This document shows positions 9,410 through 18,653 of a DNA stretch of 64,000 nt, piece after piece (positions within the stretch are counted from its first letter, which is position 1; the number at the start of each line of letters is the position of its first letter). The DNA comes from a virus. The notes beneath the pieces were generated by a model. The model searched no databases, was not told the origin of the DNA, and saw only the letters and a list, made by a program, of their open reading frames with translations. Location of the stretch: positions 1 to 64,000 of IMG/VR virus record IMGVR_UViG_3300034198_017889; one strand, given 5' to 3'. A program made the position numbers and the translations under genes.

Positions 9410-10487
9410 CAAGAAAGTCATATGCCTCAACAGGGTGGGATCTTATCATAATTTCCCTAATTGGAGATATCAAATATACCTTAACCCAGCTAAAGCTAAC
9501 TTAGCTGACTGCGTTAGAAAACCCACTGACGGATCAGGAGCATTAAAAAGATATTGCGGCTATAAAGAAATGCGCGACGGAGTAGAGGGAAATTACTCCT
9601 TTCCTTCAAGATTTCAAAAAGTAGTTAACTCTATATCAGGTAAGAACCGTGAGGTTTTTTACAAACTACTTAATGATAAACTTAAAAGGGATGGCCATAA
9701 AAAGCTATTTTGCAAAACATTCGAAGATAAGATACTGGTTTGGAATGCTAGGTATATCCCGGCTATGTCTGATGAATATCTTAGAAAGCTACTATACCAT
9801 GTATCAAACATCAAATATGATCATGATATTCAATTTGCTGTGGGTCTAAAGCTATCTAAAGAGCACGCCCATATATTTAGAGCTATCGGATATCATATAT
9901 ACGCAGATCTCGGAGACCGCGAGATTGCTAAACGATTTAAAATGTATCCTGGCCAGATTGAAGCTATTAGAAACTTATTTTTTGACTTTACCGCATCCCC
10001 TAGAGACCCCGCCGCTCAGGCAGCTTATTTTACTCAACTGGTAGATAATAATATTATATCAGAAATGGATAAACGATATTATAAGCTCATTTCTGAATTA
10101 GGTGAGGTGGGACTTAAGGCTCACGCTAACTACCATACACTCACAGCAGAGCAGAGGGTTAAGGTTGAGGCGTATCTAGGTGATAGTATGCTTGAAAATG
10201 TACTGAGCTTAAACTTTGCAGTAACAGACATGAAAGATGCGATTAACTTTAACGGCGTGATCAATAACCTAGCCTCATTTTATATCAAGAAAGAGGAAGT
10301 TAACTACTACCGCTCCAAGGTTAGAAATTTGGATGCTAGCACTGCTAGAATAGTAAGTGATAGCAGTCAAGATGCTGGACTTATTGACTCTGAGGACCAA
10401 GAAGCGCTAAAATTGATAGGCACCCTGGCCCTTAGGGAAAACTCACTACCTGAATATAAATCAATTACGGAATTGAACTCTTTTTAA
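9402..10487 (+). CDS. Hypothetical protein with a possible helix-turn-helix
   Basis: ATG at 9402 overlaps the upstream stop; DREIAKRFKMYPGQIEAI resembles an HTH. Confidence 0.7.
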   Translation: MHNKKVICLNRVGSYHNFPNWRYQIYLNPAKANLADCVRKPTDGSGALKRYCGYKEMRDGVEGNYSFPSRFQKVVNSISGKNREVFYKLLNDKLKRDGHKKLFCKTFEDKILVWNARYIPAMSDEYLRKLLYHVSNIKYDHDIQFAVGLKLSKEHAHIFRAIGYHIYADLGDREIAKRFKMYPGQIEAIRNLFFDFTASPRDPAAQAAYFTQLVDNNIISEMDKRYYKLISELGEVGLKAHANYHTLTAEQRVKVEAYLGDSMLENVLSLNFAVTDMKDAINFNGVINNLASFYIKKEEVNYYRSKVRNLDASTARIVSDSSQDAGLIDSEDQEALKLIGTLALRENSLPEYKSITELNSF

Positions 10488-10501
10488 AAACCTGATATAA
10501 A
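10473..10501 (+). promoter_or_regulatory. Sigma70-like promoter
   Basis: TTGAAC-N17-TATAAA with TG extension. Confidence 0.55.
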
Positions 10502-10516
10502 TGGAAAGATAAAGCT

Positions 10517-11932
10517 ATGGAACAACCGAACTCACTTGTAAAAATTGCTCTCGCCGAAGTTGTGCAGAAAGTAAACAGCGGATCAAATCCCACAGTTGCA
10601 CTTAAGAAAGTGGCTACTGACCTTGATCTGAACCCTAACTATATTCACAGAGTTGGGGAGGCTTTAAACGTAGCTCTGCACTATAATCACTTTAAAACAG
10701 CATCAGACCGTTCATCACAGTTCGATATTGCTGATATCCCTACTGTTGTATCTTCTATTTTTGAAGGAACAGAAAAGACTTCAAGCCAGTACATCGCTGA
10801 TAACTTTGGTAAGAACGAAGCTAACGACGAAGTTTTTAACTACAACCGAGCTATTAGTAATCCTAAGTACAAGCAGGCTTATTTAGAGATCTCTGGAGCA
10901 ACAGCCACAGAGGAGTCTTATGGGCTTAGTATGCAGGGAGCATTTCATAAATCAGCCAACCTTATCAAGGATTTGGAGCAGGCTTTGGATAATTCTCTAA
11001 CTGAGAAGGTTGGCGCAGAACTCGCTGTTAATAGTAAGTTCTCTAAGCTAGCTCAGCATTTCCGTCGCGATGAGGGATACAGGTCATCTTTTGAAGAATT
11101 TGAATCCCAAGTATATAGCAAACATGGCGAGGCAGCTGTACCTTACTTAGATCTTATTTATAAGACTGCAGGAATTTCCGACGAGCGTGGAGTGCATGAC
11201 GACAAGTATGTTATGTTCACTCCTTCGAGTGAGCTGGGTATGTACGACAGCCTTATGAAAGCCGCTGCAGACCTTTTGGTTGCTGAGGAAACAGTTAAAA
11301 CAGCTGAGGCTGATTGTGCCTTTGAAAAGGAATATTATTCGGAGATTGGTAAGTTAGTTGCTGGTAATGGCTCTCTTTCTAAGTCCTCTGAAGATGAGCC
11401 TGTTATTAATTCTAAAAAAAAAAATAAACCTGTAGAGGTTAAAGAGGAGGTTGACCCCATCCTCGAAAGAATTAGCAAGAAGGCGGCATTAAAAAAAGAA
11501 GGGAATGTAGCTAATTTATTTGCTCTTTCCAATATACTAGGCGGCTCTAAAATTAGAGAGAGCGTTATGGAGAATGTCTCCGACCGCTTTAATCTTAATA
11601 GAGGGCCAGTAAGCTCAACCCCAAGAAACAACATGACTCTAGAGAATATGGAGCGCCAGCTTATTTTCCAGGAGCTAGTAATGACTGATCCAATTCTTTC
11701 CAGGGCTAACCCTCAAAAGGTCGCCAAAGCTTATGAGCAAATTTTAAGACTCTCTCCTCAAGTATCCAAAGAGAAAGAGGTTGTTAGGGCAATGCTTCGA
11801 CAAGCGGTGGCTTCTCAAGCTATCGCTCCTCACGACGCAGACCAATGGACAAAGCTTGATATGGATATTCTTAAGAGAAAAATAGTGTCTGATAACTATT
11901 TACGTGGTAAATTAGATGGAACAAAATTTTAA
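10517..11932 (+). CDS. Helical head-module protein with many K-x-A motifs
   Basis: 471 aa; KIA, KVA, KTA, KSA, KLA, KAA, KKA motifs throughout. Confidence 0.8.
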   Translation: MEQPNSLVKIALAEVVQKVNSGSNPTVALKKVATDLDLNPNYIHRVGEALNVALHYNHFKTASDRSSQFDIADIPTVVSSIFEGTEKTSSQYIADNFGKNEANDEVFNYNRAISNPKYKQAYLEISGATATEESYGLSMQGAFHKSANLIKDLEQALDNSLTEKVGAELAVNSKFSKLAQHFRRDEGYRSSFEEFESQVYSKHGEAAVPYLDLIYKTAGISDERGVHDDKYVMFTPSSELGMYDSLMKAAADLLVAEETVKTAEADCAFEKEYYSEIGKLVAGNGSLSKSSEDEPVINSKKKNKPVEVKEEVDPILERISKKAALKKEGNVANLFALSNILGGSKIRESVMENVSDRFNLNRGPVSSTPRNNMTLENMERQLIFQELVMTDPILSRANPQKVAKAYEQILRLSPQVSKEKEVVRAMLRQAVASQAIAPHDADQWTKLDMDILKRKIVSDNYLRGKLDGTKF

Positions 11933-11937
11933 TCAAA

Positions 11938-12312
11938 ATGAGCGCAATACTAAAAGTTACTAGAGATATTGAAAATGAGGTTTGGAAGCTCACCTTTTCA
12001 ATTGACCCATTAAAGCTATCAGAGAGTGATAAAGATCTTATAGCTAAGTTCGGCGAACCAGCGATTAACGTTGGTGGTTTATTCTTAAGTGGAGGAAATG
12101 ATACTTTTACTATTCCAGATAAATACGTACGTGTTCGCACAGATCTACCATTTACTCAAACCTTTGATTCAACAACGGCACCCTTTAATACTAATACTCT
12201 TGTTAAAGCTCAGGCTTTTCAAGATACTTTTGTAGATCGCTATACCACAGCTTTTGTAGAATTAAGAGCGAAAGCTGACACCTTCACGGGCGAGTATCTA
12301 TTTAATATATGA
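11938..12312 (+). CDS. Hypothetical protein (124 aa)
   Basis: Tightly packed ORF in the operon. Confidence 0.75.
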   Translation: MSAILKVTRDIENEVWKLTFSIDPLKLSESDKDLIAKFGEPAINVGGLFLSGGNDTFTIPDKYVRVRTDLPFTQTFDSTTAPFNTNTLVKAQAFQDTFVDRYTTAFVELRAKADTFTGEYLFNI

Positions 12313-12740
12313 ATTTAGAAGATCCTAAAATTAAGGCTGCGTTTATCCGCGGATACTTAAATAAACAGGCTGAATCAGGACTGGAGAAACAGGCATTCCT
12401 CGGTCCTCTGATTGGGCTTTTAGGGGGTGTGGCCGGTCAGACCTTAGCAGGTAAATATTTAACTCCTAAAATTGTGGGGTTTGCTGAGAAGCAATTAGCC
12501 GGAAGAGCAGCCAAAGCAAGTATTAATCCAGGCGCTACATCTAGAATTGGGAAGGGTTATGATAAATTTTTAAACCATTTGGCTAAGCCTGTGGGTCCTA
12601 AGGGTTTAACTTCTAGAGGGGCGGGAGCCTGGGCTGAAAATATTGGATTTATGGGCGGCGGGGCGCTGGGTGGTGTGGCCGGTGAAATGTTAGATGGAGA
12701 ACAACCAAATCCCCAGGAATATCAACAGTACCAAGCATGA
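12309..12740 (+). CDS. Putative internal/ejected virion protein with leader module and glycine zippers
   Basis: AFIRGYLNKQAESGLEKQA followed by FLGPLIGLLGGVAG; C-terminal GGGALGGVAG. Confidence 0.75.
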   Translation: MNLEDPKIKAAFIRGYLNKQAESGLEKQAFLGPLIGLLGGVAGQTLAGKYLTPKIVGFAEKQLAGRAAKASINPGATSRIGKGYDKFLNHLAKPVGPKGLTSRGAGAWAENIGFMGGGALGGVAGEMLDGEQPNPQEYQQYQA

Positions 12741-13300
12741 AAAACAATTTCTTAAACGGATTCATTAAAGCTGCACAGTTCTCAGGATTATCCTCTGAGC
12801 ATACATTATCTTTTGTTAAGGAGGCCTTTTCTGACTTAACCCCTGCAGATATTGCACAGTTGAGAGAATCCCTACACGAGCAGGGAGCGAGCGCACCGTA
12901 CGCAGACCCATATGGCCCTACTAATGTTATGTATAACCAAGCTATTCTTAGTGAGCGTGATAGGAGTAATGCACAAGACCCAAATTTAGCGGCTGCCACA
13001 GAGGCTGCAAAGAAATCAATTAGTGGTGGAGCGGTTGGCGGCGTGGCAGGTAATACTCTTGGACATCTTATAAAAAATTATAAACCTAGTGCAGCTGGGA
13101 GCTTCTCACACGGAGTTAGAGGAAAACTACCATTAGCCCTTGGGGTTGGTGGAACAGTAGCCGGAGCCCTGCTTAGCGCAATTCCAGCCTACAATAAAAA
13201 GCAACAATCAGTTGCAGGTTTCCAAAAATTAAACGATCCTCAGAATATGCAGAGAATGATTGAATCTCTACAGACTGACAAAGCACTCTTAAACAGCTAA
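12737..13300 (+). CDS. Putative internal/ejected virion protein with leader module and glycine zippers
   Basis: NFLNGFIKAAQFSGLSSEHTLSFVKEA leader; GGAVGGVAG and LGVGGTVAGALL segments. Confidence 0.75.
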   Translation: MKNNFLNGFIKAAQFSGLSSEHTLSFVKEAFSDLTPADIAQLRESLHEQGASAPYADPYGPTNVMYNQAILSERDRSNAQDPNLAAATEAAKKSISGGAVGGVAGNTLGHLIKNYKPSAAGSFSHGVRGKLPLALGVGGTVAGALLSAIPAYNKKQQSVAGFQKLNDPQNMQRMIESLQTDKALLNS

Positions 13301-13303
13301 TTT

Positions 13304-14548
13304 ATGCCAAACGAACCTATCTCATTTCAACAAGAAATCGACACACCAGGGGCAGGAACTGATTCTGAACTGTATAGGGCGGTATCTCCGTTGCTTGATT
13401 TAAACCGTATTCCAGAGTCTAAAAATAATTTTGATAGAGCCCGCATTGATAAGCTCAAGGAAGATTTACGTAAAGGTACGCTTGGATTAGAATATCTCAC
13501 AGGCCTAAAGAGCAACAAAGCTGAGACTTTTTACGATAACCACAAAGCTCAGGCTGTTACATCAGATGTATTAGCTAACTCGGGTGGAATAGGTTTAGGT
13601 GTTGGCGCAGGCAGCGCAGCTTTAAACTTCGCTCGTCAACGCGCAAACCTTCTTAAGACTGTACCTAAACATGACGCAAGACGAGGAGACGCAGTTCAAC
13701 GGATGGAGACAAAGCTGTCACCTATAGATCCTAAAGACGGAAGAGCTTTACCTGTTACAGATAACGATGCTTTGCGTATGTTTGGAGATACTTCACCAGG
13801 TACGACGGCAGCTCCAGCAAGTATTGATAATGTTATTAAGAGGGTTGAAAGCCTTGATGATATTGCTGCTGTTAAGGGAGATAAAGGTCCAAAGCCTTAT
13901 AAAGCGCAGCTTGAAAAAATTATAGGAGACGGAAAAGCATTAACGCCAGAACAGATCAAAGAGCTTACACCATTTTTAAGTAGCCTGCGAGGCACATCTG
14001 AGCACGGAACTTTAGGCCAATACGCGGAGCTTCATAAAGATCTTTTAGCTCATGGTAATAGCTTTAAAGCCCCGATGGGTGCCTCTTTAGGTGATAAATT
14101 TTATTCGAGTAGCTTAGGAGATAAGATGCAGCATTTACCTCAGGCTGTTCAAAACATAATTCATTCTCTTGTTCCACACAGCTTTAAGGGTCACGAAGAT
14201 TTAATTAATAAACATATTACTTCACATAATCCCAACGGTGTGAGTCCAGCACTATTGAGAAAAGTTCTAACCGACACAGGCTTAGACGAGGAGCAAATTA
14301 AGGTTGTTGAAAATGGTTTACTTTCCCGGCTTAAAAATCCAGCTAGTAGAAAATCTTATAGTAAGATACTCGAACATGTTGGGCGTCCTGCTCTTATTGG
14401 TGGGGGAATCGCCGCAGGTGGATTAGGTTTAAGCCATGTACTAAAAGCCCTGCAGGGTCAGGTATATGGTAAAGAAAAGATTAATGATTGGAAGCGTAAT
14501 ACTCTTCGCTCACGTGGTGAGTTTGAGGAGGCAAACAGAATTCAATAA
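13304..14548 (+). CDS. Putative virion protein with two glycine-zipper hydrophobic segments
   Basis: GGIGLGVGAGSAAL and ALIGGGIAAGGLGL flank a soluble region. Confidence 0.7.
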   Translation: MPNEPISFQQEIDTPGAGTDSELYRAVSPLLDLNRIPESKNNFDRARIDKLKEDLRKGTLGLEYLTGLKSNKAETFYDNHKAQAVTSDVLANSGGIGLGVGAGSAALNFARQRANLLKTVPKHDARRGDAVQRMETKLSPIDPKDGRALPVTDNDALRMFGDTSPGTTAAPASIDNVIKRVESLDDIAAVKGDKGPKPYKAQLEKIIGDGKALTPEQIKELTPFLSSLRGTSEHGTLGQYAELHKDLLAHGNSFKAPMGASLGDKFYSSSLGDKMQHLPQAVQNIIHSLVPHSFKGHEDLINKHITSHNPNGVSPALLRKVLTDTGLDEEQIKVVENGLLSRLKNPASRKSYSKILEHVGRPALIGGGIAAGGLGLSHVLKALQGQVYGKEKINDWKRNTLRSRGEFEEANRIQ

Positions 14549-15978
14549 TGATTAAATTCAACTCCACTAGCGATTGGAACTTTGATGTTCCTCCTGTTAA
14601 CATTGTAAACGAGGGAGCAGACTTGAAGAAACTAGCTGCTGTACATGATGAGCTTAAAGTAGAGAAGACTGCTAATCAAACTGACGTTCACGTTATTGCT
14701 TTAGGCTCATACGAGGGAATTGGTCAAAACAGAAACGGCGATCTATTCAAAGAAGCTGAATGCTTAGAACACTATAAGACCTTCATTCGCTCTGGTAAAA
14801 AAGGTAAGGATGGAAAATATGATGGAAGAGCCTTAAACCGCCACCACAAGAATAAACCAGAAGACCCTAAGTACGGCAATATCAAAGCCGCTGCTTATAA
14901 TCCTGATATGAAGCGCATAGAGCTGATCGTTGGATTAGACAATGATAAATGTGCTGAGGAAATTCAAAAGCTTTCCAAGGGCGATCAAATCAATGTATCA
15001 ATGGCTGCCAAGGTAGCTAGTGACGTTTGCACCTGGTGTGGTCATAACGCCAAGGATGATAGAGGGCGTTGCGAGCATGTGCCTAACCAGATCGGTGAAT
15101 TAAATAAGCGTGGTGAAATGTGCGGAATGGATAACATTGATCCTCACTGGTTTGAGCTATCAATTGTTGGTAGACCTGCTGATCGTATTGGTATGTCTCT
15201 CAAGCTTGCCTCAACCTATGCCCCGCAATTAACATCTGACTATCTTAAGATCTATTCTGACTTTAATGCTCCTTGTGATGTTCAAGACTTCCTTATTTCT
15301 AAGAAAGCTAGCGACAAGAGAAGCTTAGTAAGTAAGTTAGCTGAGATGGAAAAGCACCTTGAAGGAATAGCCACAAAGGGACCTAAAGATTCTAGCGAGA
15401 AGTATATTTCTAACGAGGCATCTAAAATCAATCATTCAGAGGGATTATCTGAGGAGACAATTGATGAGCTTAGAAAGCAGGACCCCAGCAAGCTATTAAA
15501 AGCATTAGCAGATAAGGGAATTGTTTTTTCTCCAGCTGACTTTGTTAAATATCTGTTTGGCGATAAGCTAGCAGATAATAAGATTATTGATAAGATGAAG
15601 AAACGTCTACCTTCAGGTTTCTCCCATATGGAAGAGGATGAAGACAAGGAAAACTCAGCTGTGAACAGTGAGCGTTTTGACCCTCAAGATTTAGGAATGC
15701 TGCCTCGTGAAATTAAATCGCTTGTCAGTGGGTTGTTTGATGGGCATTCTTTATTTGATCACCCTGCCCATGGAAGAGTAATGCGTATTACTATCATCAA
15801 GAATATTCCTGGTGGTTTAAAAGCAACTCCCCATAAGGAAGAGATCGAAAAAGATGCAGCTGCAGACGAACTAGCTGAGCAATACTTAAGCTATAAGTTA
15901 GCTGCATTACGATATATGGATGAGTGTGGAAAGTTAGATAATCAAACTATCTTGAACGCATTGATACAGAATCGTTAA
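14548..15978 (+). CDS. Prohead maturation protease (HK97/herpes-assemblin fold) with Cys/His insertion and C-terminal extension
   Basis: NRNGDLF, catalytic-type His (RHHKN), VSMA nucleophile motif, FELSIVGRPAD; CTWC..CEH..C insertion; lies upstream of scaffold and capsid genes. Confidence 0.8.
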   Translation: MIKFNSTSDWNFDVPPVNIVNEGADLKKLAAVHDELKVEKTANQTDVHVIALGSYEGIGQNRNGDLFKEAECLEHYKTFIRSGKKGKDGKYDGRALNRHHKNKPEDPKYGNIKAAAYNPDMKRIELIVGLDNDKCAEEIQKLSKGDQINVSMAAKVASDVCTWCGHNAKDDRGRCEHVPNQIGELNKRGEMCGMDNIDPHWFELSIVGRPADRIGMSLKLASTYAPQLTSDYLKIYSDFNAPCDVQDFLISKKASDKRSLVSKLAEMEKHLEGIATKGPKDSSEKYISNEASKINHSEGLSEETIDELRKQDPSKLLKALADKGIVFSPADFVKYLFGDKLADNKIIDKMKKRLPSGFSHMEEDEDKENSAVNSERFDPQDLGMLPREIKSLVSGLFDGHSLFDHPAHGRVMRITIIKNIPGGLKATPHKEEIEKDAAADELAEQYLSYKLAALRYMDECGKLDNQTILNALIQNR

Positions 15979-15985
15979 AAAAAAC

Positions 15986-16014
15986 TTGGAACTATAATAA
16001 ATATAAGCTAGTAT
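15986..16014 (+). promoter_or_regulatory. Sigma70-like promoter
   Basis: TTGGAA-N17-TAGTAT, then GGAGA SD before 16040. Confidence 0.55.
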
Positions 16015-16039
16015 ATAAAACAATCCTCGGAGAAACACT

Positions 16040-16987
16040 ATGAATGAACATTTTTTAACTGGCTTTGTAAAAGCCGCTCAAGCCGCCGGAATCCCCGACG
16101 AGCAAATTGCATCCATGCTTCAACAGCAAGGCGGCGAAGCCCCTGAGGCTGCTATGCCACCTGCAGAAGCTCCTGAGGGATCTCCAGCTGAACAATCAAT
16201 GCTTGGTGGTCACGAAGAGGAGATTGAGCATCTTTTATCACAACTTTCTCCCGAGGAGCTAGAGCAACTTGTTAATGAGGTTACTCAAATGCAGCAGGGA
16301 CAAGGTCAAGGACTTGAGGGTGCAGTTCATGGTGAAGAAGCCGAGCAAATTCCGGGTGTGGCTGCAGGTATTGAGCAGCAGCTTTCTCAACATCCCGAGG
16401 TTGCAGAGCAGACAGCCCCACAACCAAATCCAGATGAGGCAACACTCGCTAAGCAGAGTGCTATTAATTTTATCAAGTCAGCCAACTATGTAGAGGGTTT
16501 CCTCGAGCAGGCTCTTGGTCGTGGTTTAGGCCTCAAGCAGGCTGTGGAACTTTATGACAGTGCGTTCACAACTACTTTCAACCAACTCAAGCAGAGTGAG
16601 CTGAAAGGTGATCAGCATAAGTTAGACGTTGATGGTGATGGAAAGATTGAAGGATCAGATCTTGCTGCTCTTCGTAATGGTAAGAAAAAGACTGAAGATT
16701 CAGTAGATGAAAAGACAGCAGCTTACTATGAGGGTGTTTTAGAGCGCGCTCGTGAGTACGGCATGTCCGACGCAGAAGCCATCCAGGTTGTAAAAGAAGC
16801 AATGGATAAGCAGGCAGGAATTGGATCTGCATTTGAACGTGGCATGACTTCTCTTAAAGAAGTAGGCCACGATACAATCAATTCAGCCAAGGAAATCGCC
16901 AAAAAGAAACCCAGAACTACAGCAGCGCTTGGATTAGGTGCTGCTGGTGTTGGTGGGGTAGCCTTAGGTAGGGCAAGTAAGGATTAA
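16040..16987 (+). CDS. Acidic prohead core/internal protein with three leader-type modules and an EF-hand-like loop
   Basis: FLTGFVKAA, YVEGFLEQA and YYEGVLERA modules; DVDGDGKIEGSD loop; C-terminal glycine zipper. Confidence 0.75.
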   Translation: MNEHFLTGFVKAAQAAGIPDEQIASMLQQQGGEAPEAAMPPAEAPEGSPAEQSMLGGHEEEIEHLLSQLSPEELEQLVNEVTQMQQGQGQGLEGAVHGEEAEQIPGVAAGIEQQLSQHPEVAEQTAPQPNPDEATLAKQSAINFIKSANYVEGFLEQALGRGLGLKQAVELYDSAFTTTFNQLKQSELKGDQHKLDVDGDGKIEGSDLAALRNGKKKTEDSVDEKTAAYYEGVLERAREYGMSDAEAIQVVKEAMDKQAGIGSAFERGMTSLKEVGHDTINSAKEIAKKKPRTTAALGLGAAGVGGVALGRASKD

Positions 16988-17051
16988 TTTAAATATTTAC
17001 AACGAAGTCAACTTTAACTAAAATAAAAAAACCAATAGGAGAAATAACATT

Positions 17052-17960
17052 ATGGGCAAACTAACAAAACACGCCGAAGTATTAACTCAGCTTCATTCGC
17101 TGGTTAAAAAGCAAGCCGAAGAGGCTCAAAAGAACATTTCCGGAGTTCCAGGAGACGAGACCAAGCCAACCAGCGTATCCGCTGAGCACGAAACAACCAA
17201 CAAGAATTCCGTTGGACCTGAGAACGTTGCACAGGGTTATCACCAAAAGCCTAGCTCAGATCCTTCTGAGCCTGTTGCCAAAACAGCTGAGACACTCGGT
17301 AATGAGATTTTAGACATCATCCGTAAGCACGCCGATGTGCAGGATTCAGTATCTGGTGAGCCAGGTAAGGACACAAATCCTGAGAGCACTGATGATAAGC
17401 CTATCGACAAGAACAAGGTTGCCCCAGAAGACAACAAGCCCCAGACAACTGGTGAGCAGAAGCCTTCATCTGATAAGAGTGAGCCCGTTGCTTCCGCCAA
17501 GAAGGCTGAAGACGAGGTTGCTGACTTAGCTAGCAAGGTTGCTTCTTATGAGCTTGGTCGCCAATTCTGTGCAGCTCTGCTCAAGACAGCCTCACAAACA
17601 GTTTCTGATGAATCAACCCTCATGAAGGAAGCCGGTCGTAGAGATCTTGATCTCCTCATTGCACAGGCCGCTGAAGAGCTTGAGACTGAGGCTGCCGTTG
17701 AGTCTGAGAAGACAGCTGAAGCCGCTGGTGCCGCTTACTTTGAGGAGATCCTCAAGCAGGCAGCTCTTGACGAGGCAGTTAACGAGAATGAGTCACTCAA
17801 GGCAAAGATTGCTGAGCTCTCACAGACCGTAGAGCAGACACTCTCAAAAGAAGCCCAGGAAAAGAAGGCACAAGAAGACGCAGCAGCTCAAGTTAAGCTT
17901 GCTGAGTCAGTAGCCGCCATCGTTCTTGAGCGTCTTAAGTCCGAAGCCGGTAAAGAGTAA
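17052..17960 (+). CDS. Probable scaffold/prohead core protein
   Basis: Acidic, coiled-coil C-terminus, about 12 K-x-A motifs, internal duplication, AGGAGA SD, between protease and capsid genes. Confidence 0.7.
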   Translation: MGKLTKHAEVLTQLHSLVKKQAEEAQKNISGVPGDETKPTSVSAEHETTNKNSVGPENVAQGYHQKPSSDPSEPVAKTAETLGNEILDIIRKHADVQDSVSGEPGKDTNPESTDDKPIDKNKVAPEDNKPQTTGEQKPSSDKSEPVASAKKAEDEVADLASKVASYELGRQFCAALLKTASQTVSDESTLMKEAGRRDLDLLIAQAAEELETEAAVESEKTAEAAGAAYFEEILKQAALDEAVNENESLKAKIAELSQTVEQTLSKEAQEKKAQEDAAAQVKLAESVAAIVLERLKSEAGKE

Positions 17961-17974
17961 TTAAGTTCCAATTT

Positions 17975-18130
17975 ATGGATAGTTCTACAGAGGTCCAATC
18001 CCCCTTAGAGCTAGAATCTGTTAAGGCACTTACTAAACTAACCGACGCAGACAAAAGAAAAGTTTTAGAGTATATAGAGAGTTTAATTCTCCTAGAGGAA
18101 ACAACAAATGGACAAAGAGACATCCAGTAA
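17975..18130 (+). CDS. Small ORF (51 aa) not in the supplied track
   Basis: MDSSTEVQSPLELESVKALTKLTDADKRKVLEYIESLILLEETTNGQRDIQ fills the gap and overlaps the next start. Confidence 0.55.
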   Translation: MDSSTEVQSPLELESVKALTKLTDADKRKVLEYIESLILLEETTNGQRDIQ

Positions 18131-18503
18131 AATTGAAGAGTTCGTGAAGCAAGCCATGGAAGAAATTTCACAACTTCGCTCAGAACTCAAATCCCTCAAT
18201 GAGAAGAGAGCTGATGAGATTGAAGAGCGTGACGAAGAACTGACTCACGCCATCAAGCAAGCAGCCAATGCTCTGTATGATTCAGATTTTATTAGTGACG
18301 AATATGAAAAGCGCAAGTTCGTCAAGAAGGCAAAAGAAGATCCCAAGTATCTTGCTACAGTGATTCAGAAAGTTTGTGAGGCAGCTGATGTCTCCACATT
18401 CGGATCCGTAGCCTCGATCAAAACAGCAGGGGATAATGGATCTGACCCTGTAATGCGCAAAGCTTTTGGATACGATAATAATTATAATCTCTTAGATGAC
18501 TAG
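18108..18503 (+). CDS. Coiled-coil scaffold-like head protein
   Basis: Helical, K-x-A motifs (KQA, KRA, KTA), immediately upstream of the capsid operon. Confidence 0.7.
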   Translation: MDKETSSKIEEFVKQAMEEISQLRSELKSLNEKRADEIEERDEELTHAIKQAANALYDSDFISDEYEKRKFVKKAKEDPKYLATVIQKVCEAADVSTFGSVASIKTAGDNGSDPVMRKAFGYDNNYNLLDD

Positions 18504-18511
18504 GAATAGTA

Positions 18512-18540
18512 TTGACGTAACCTCAAATATTTGGAATAAT
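18512..18540 (+). promoter_or_regulatory. Sigma70-like promoter of the capsid operon
   Basis: TTGACG-N17-AATAAT. Confidence 0.5.
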
Positions 18541-18653
18541 TTTAGATATAACTTTAGCAATGCAGCTTGCGCTCCCTTGATCGGGACCGGTGTGAGAAAG
18601 CATAAGTGAAAAATCTATTCAGTAAAAACAACAAAATAAAAGGAAAAAAAAAT

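Noticed and set aside
18606-18653. Upstream GTG/TTG starts in the track for 18606 (also 9354, 20171, 20896, 21900, 60253)
   Set aside because: Downstream ATGs fit SD, promoter or gene-coupling positions better.
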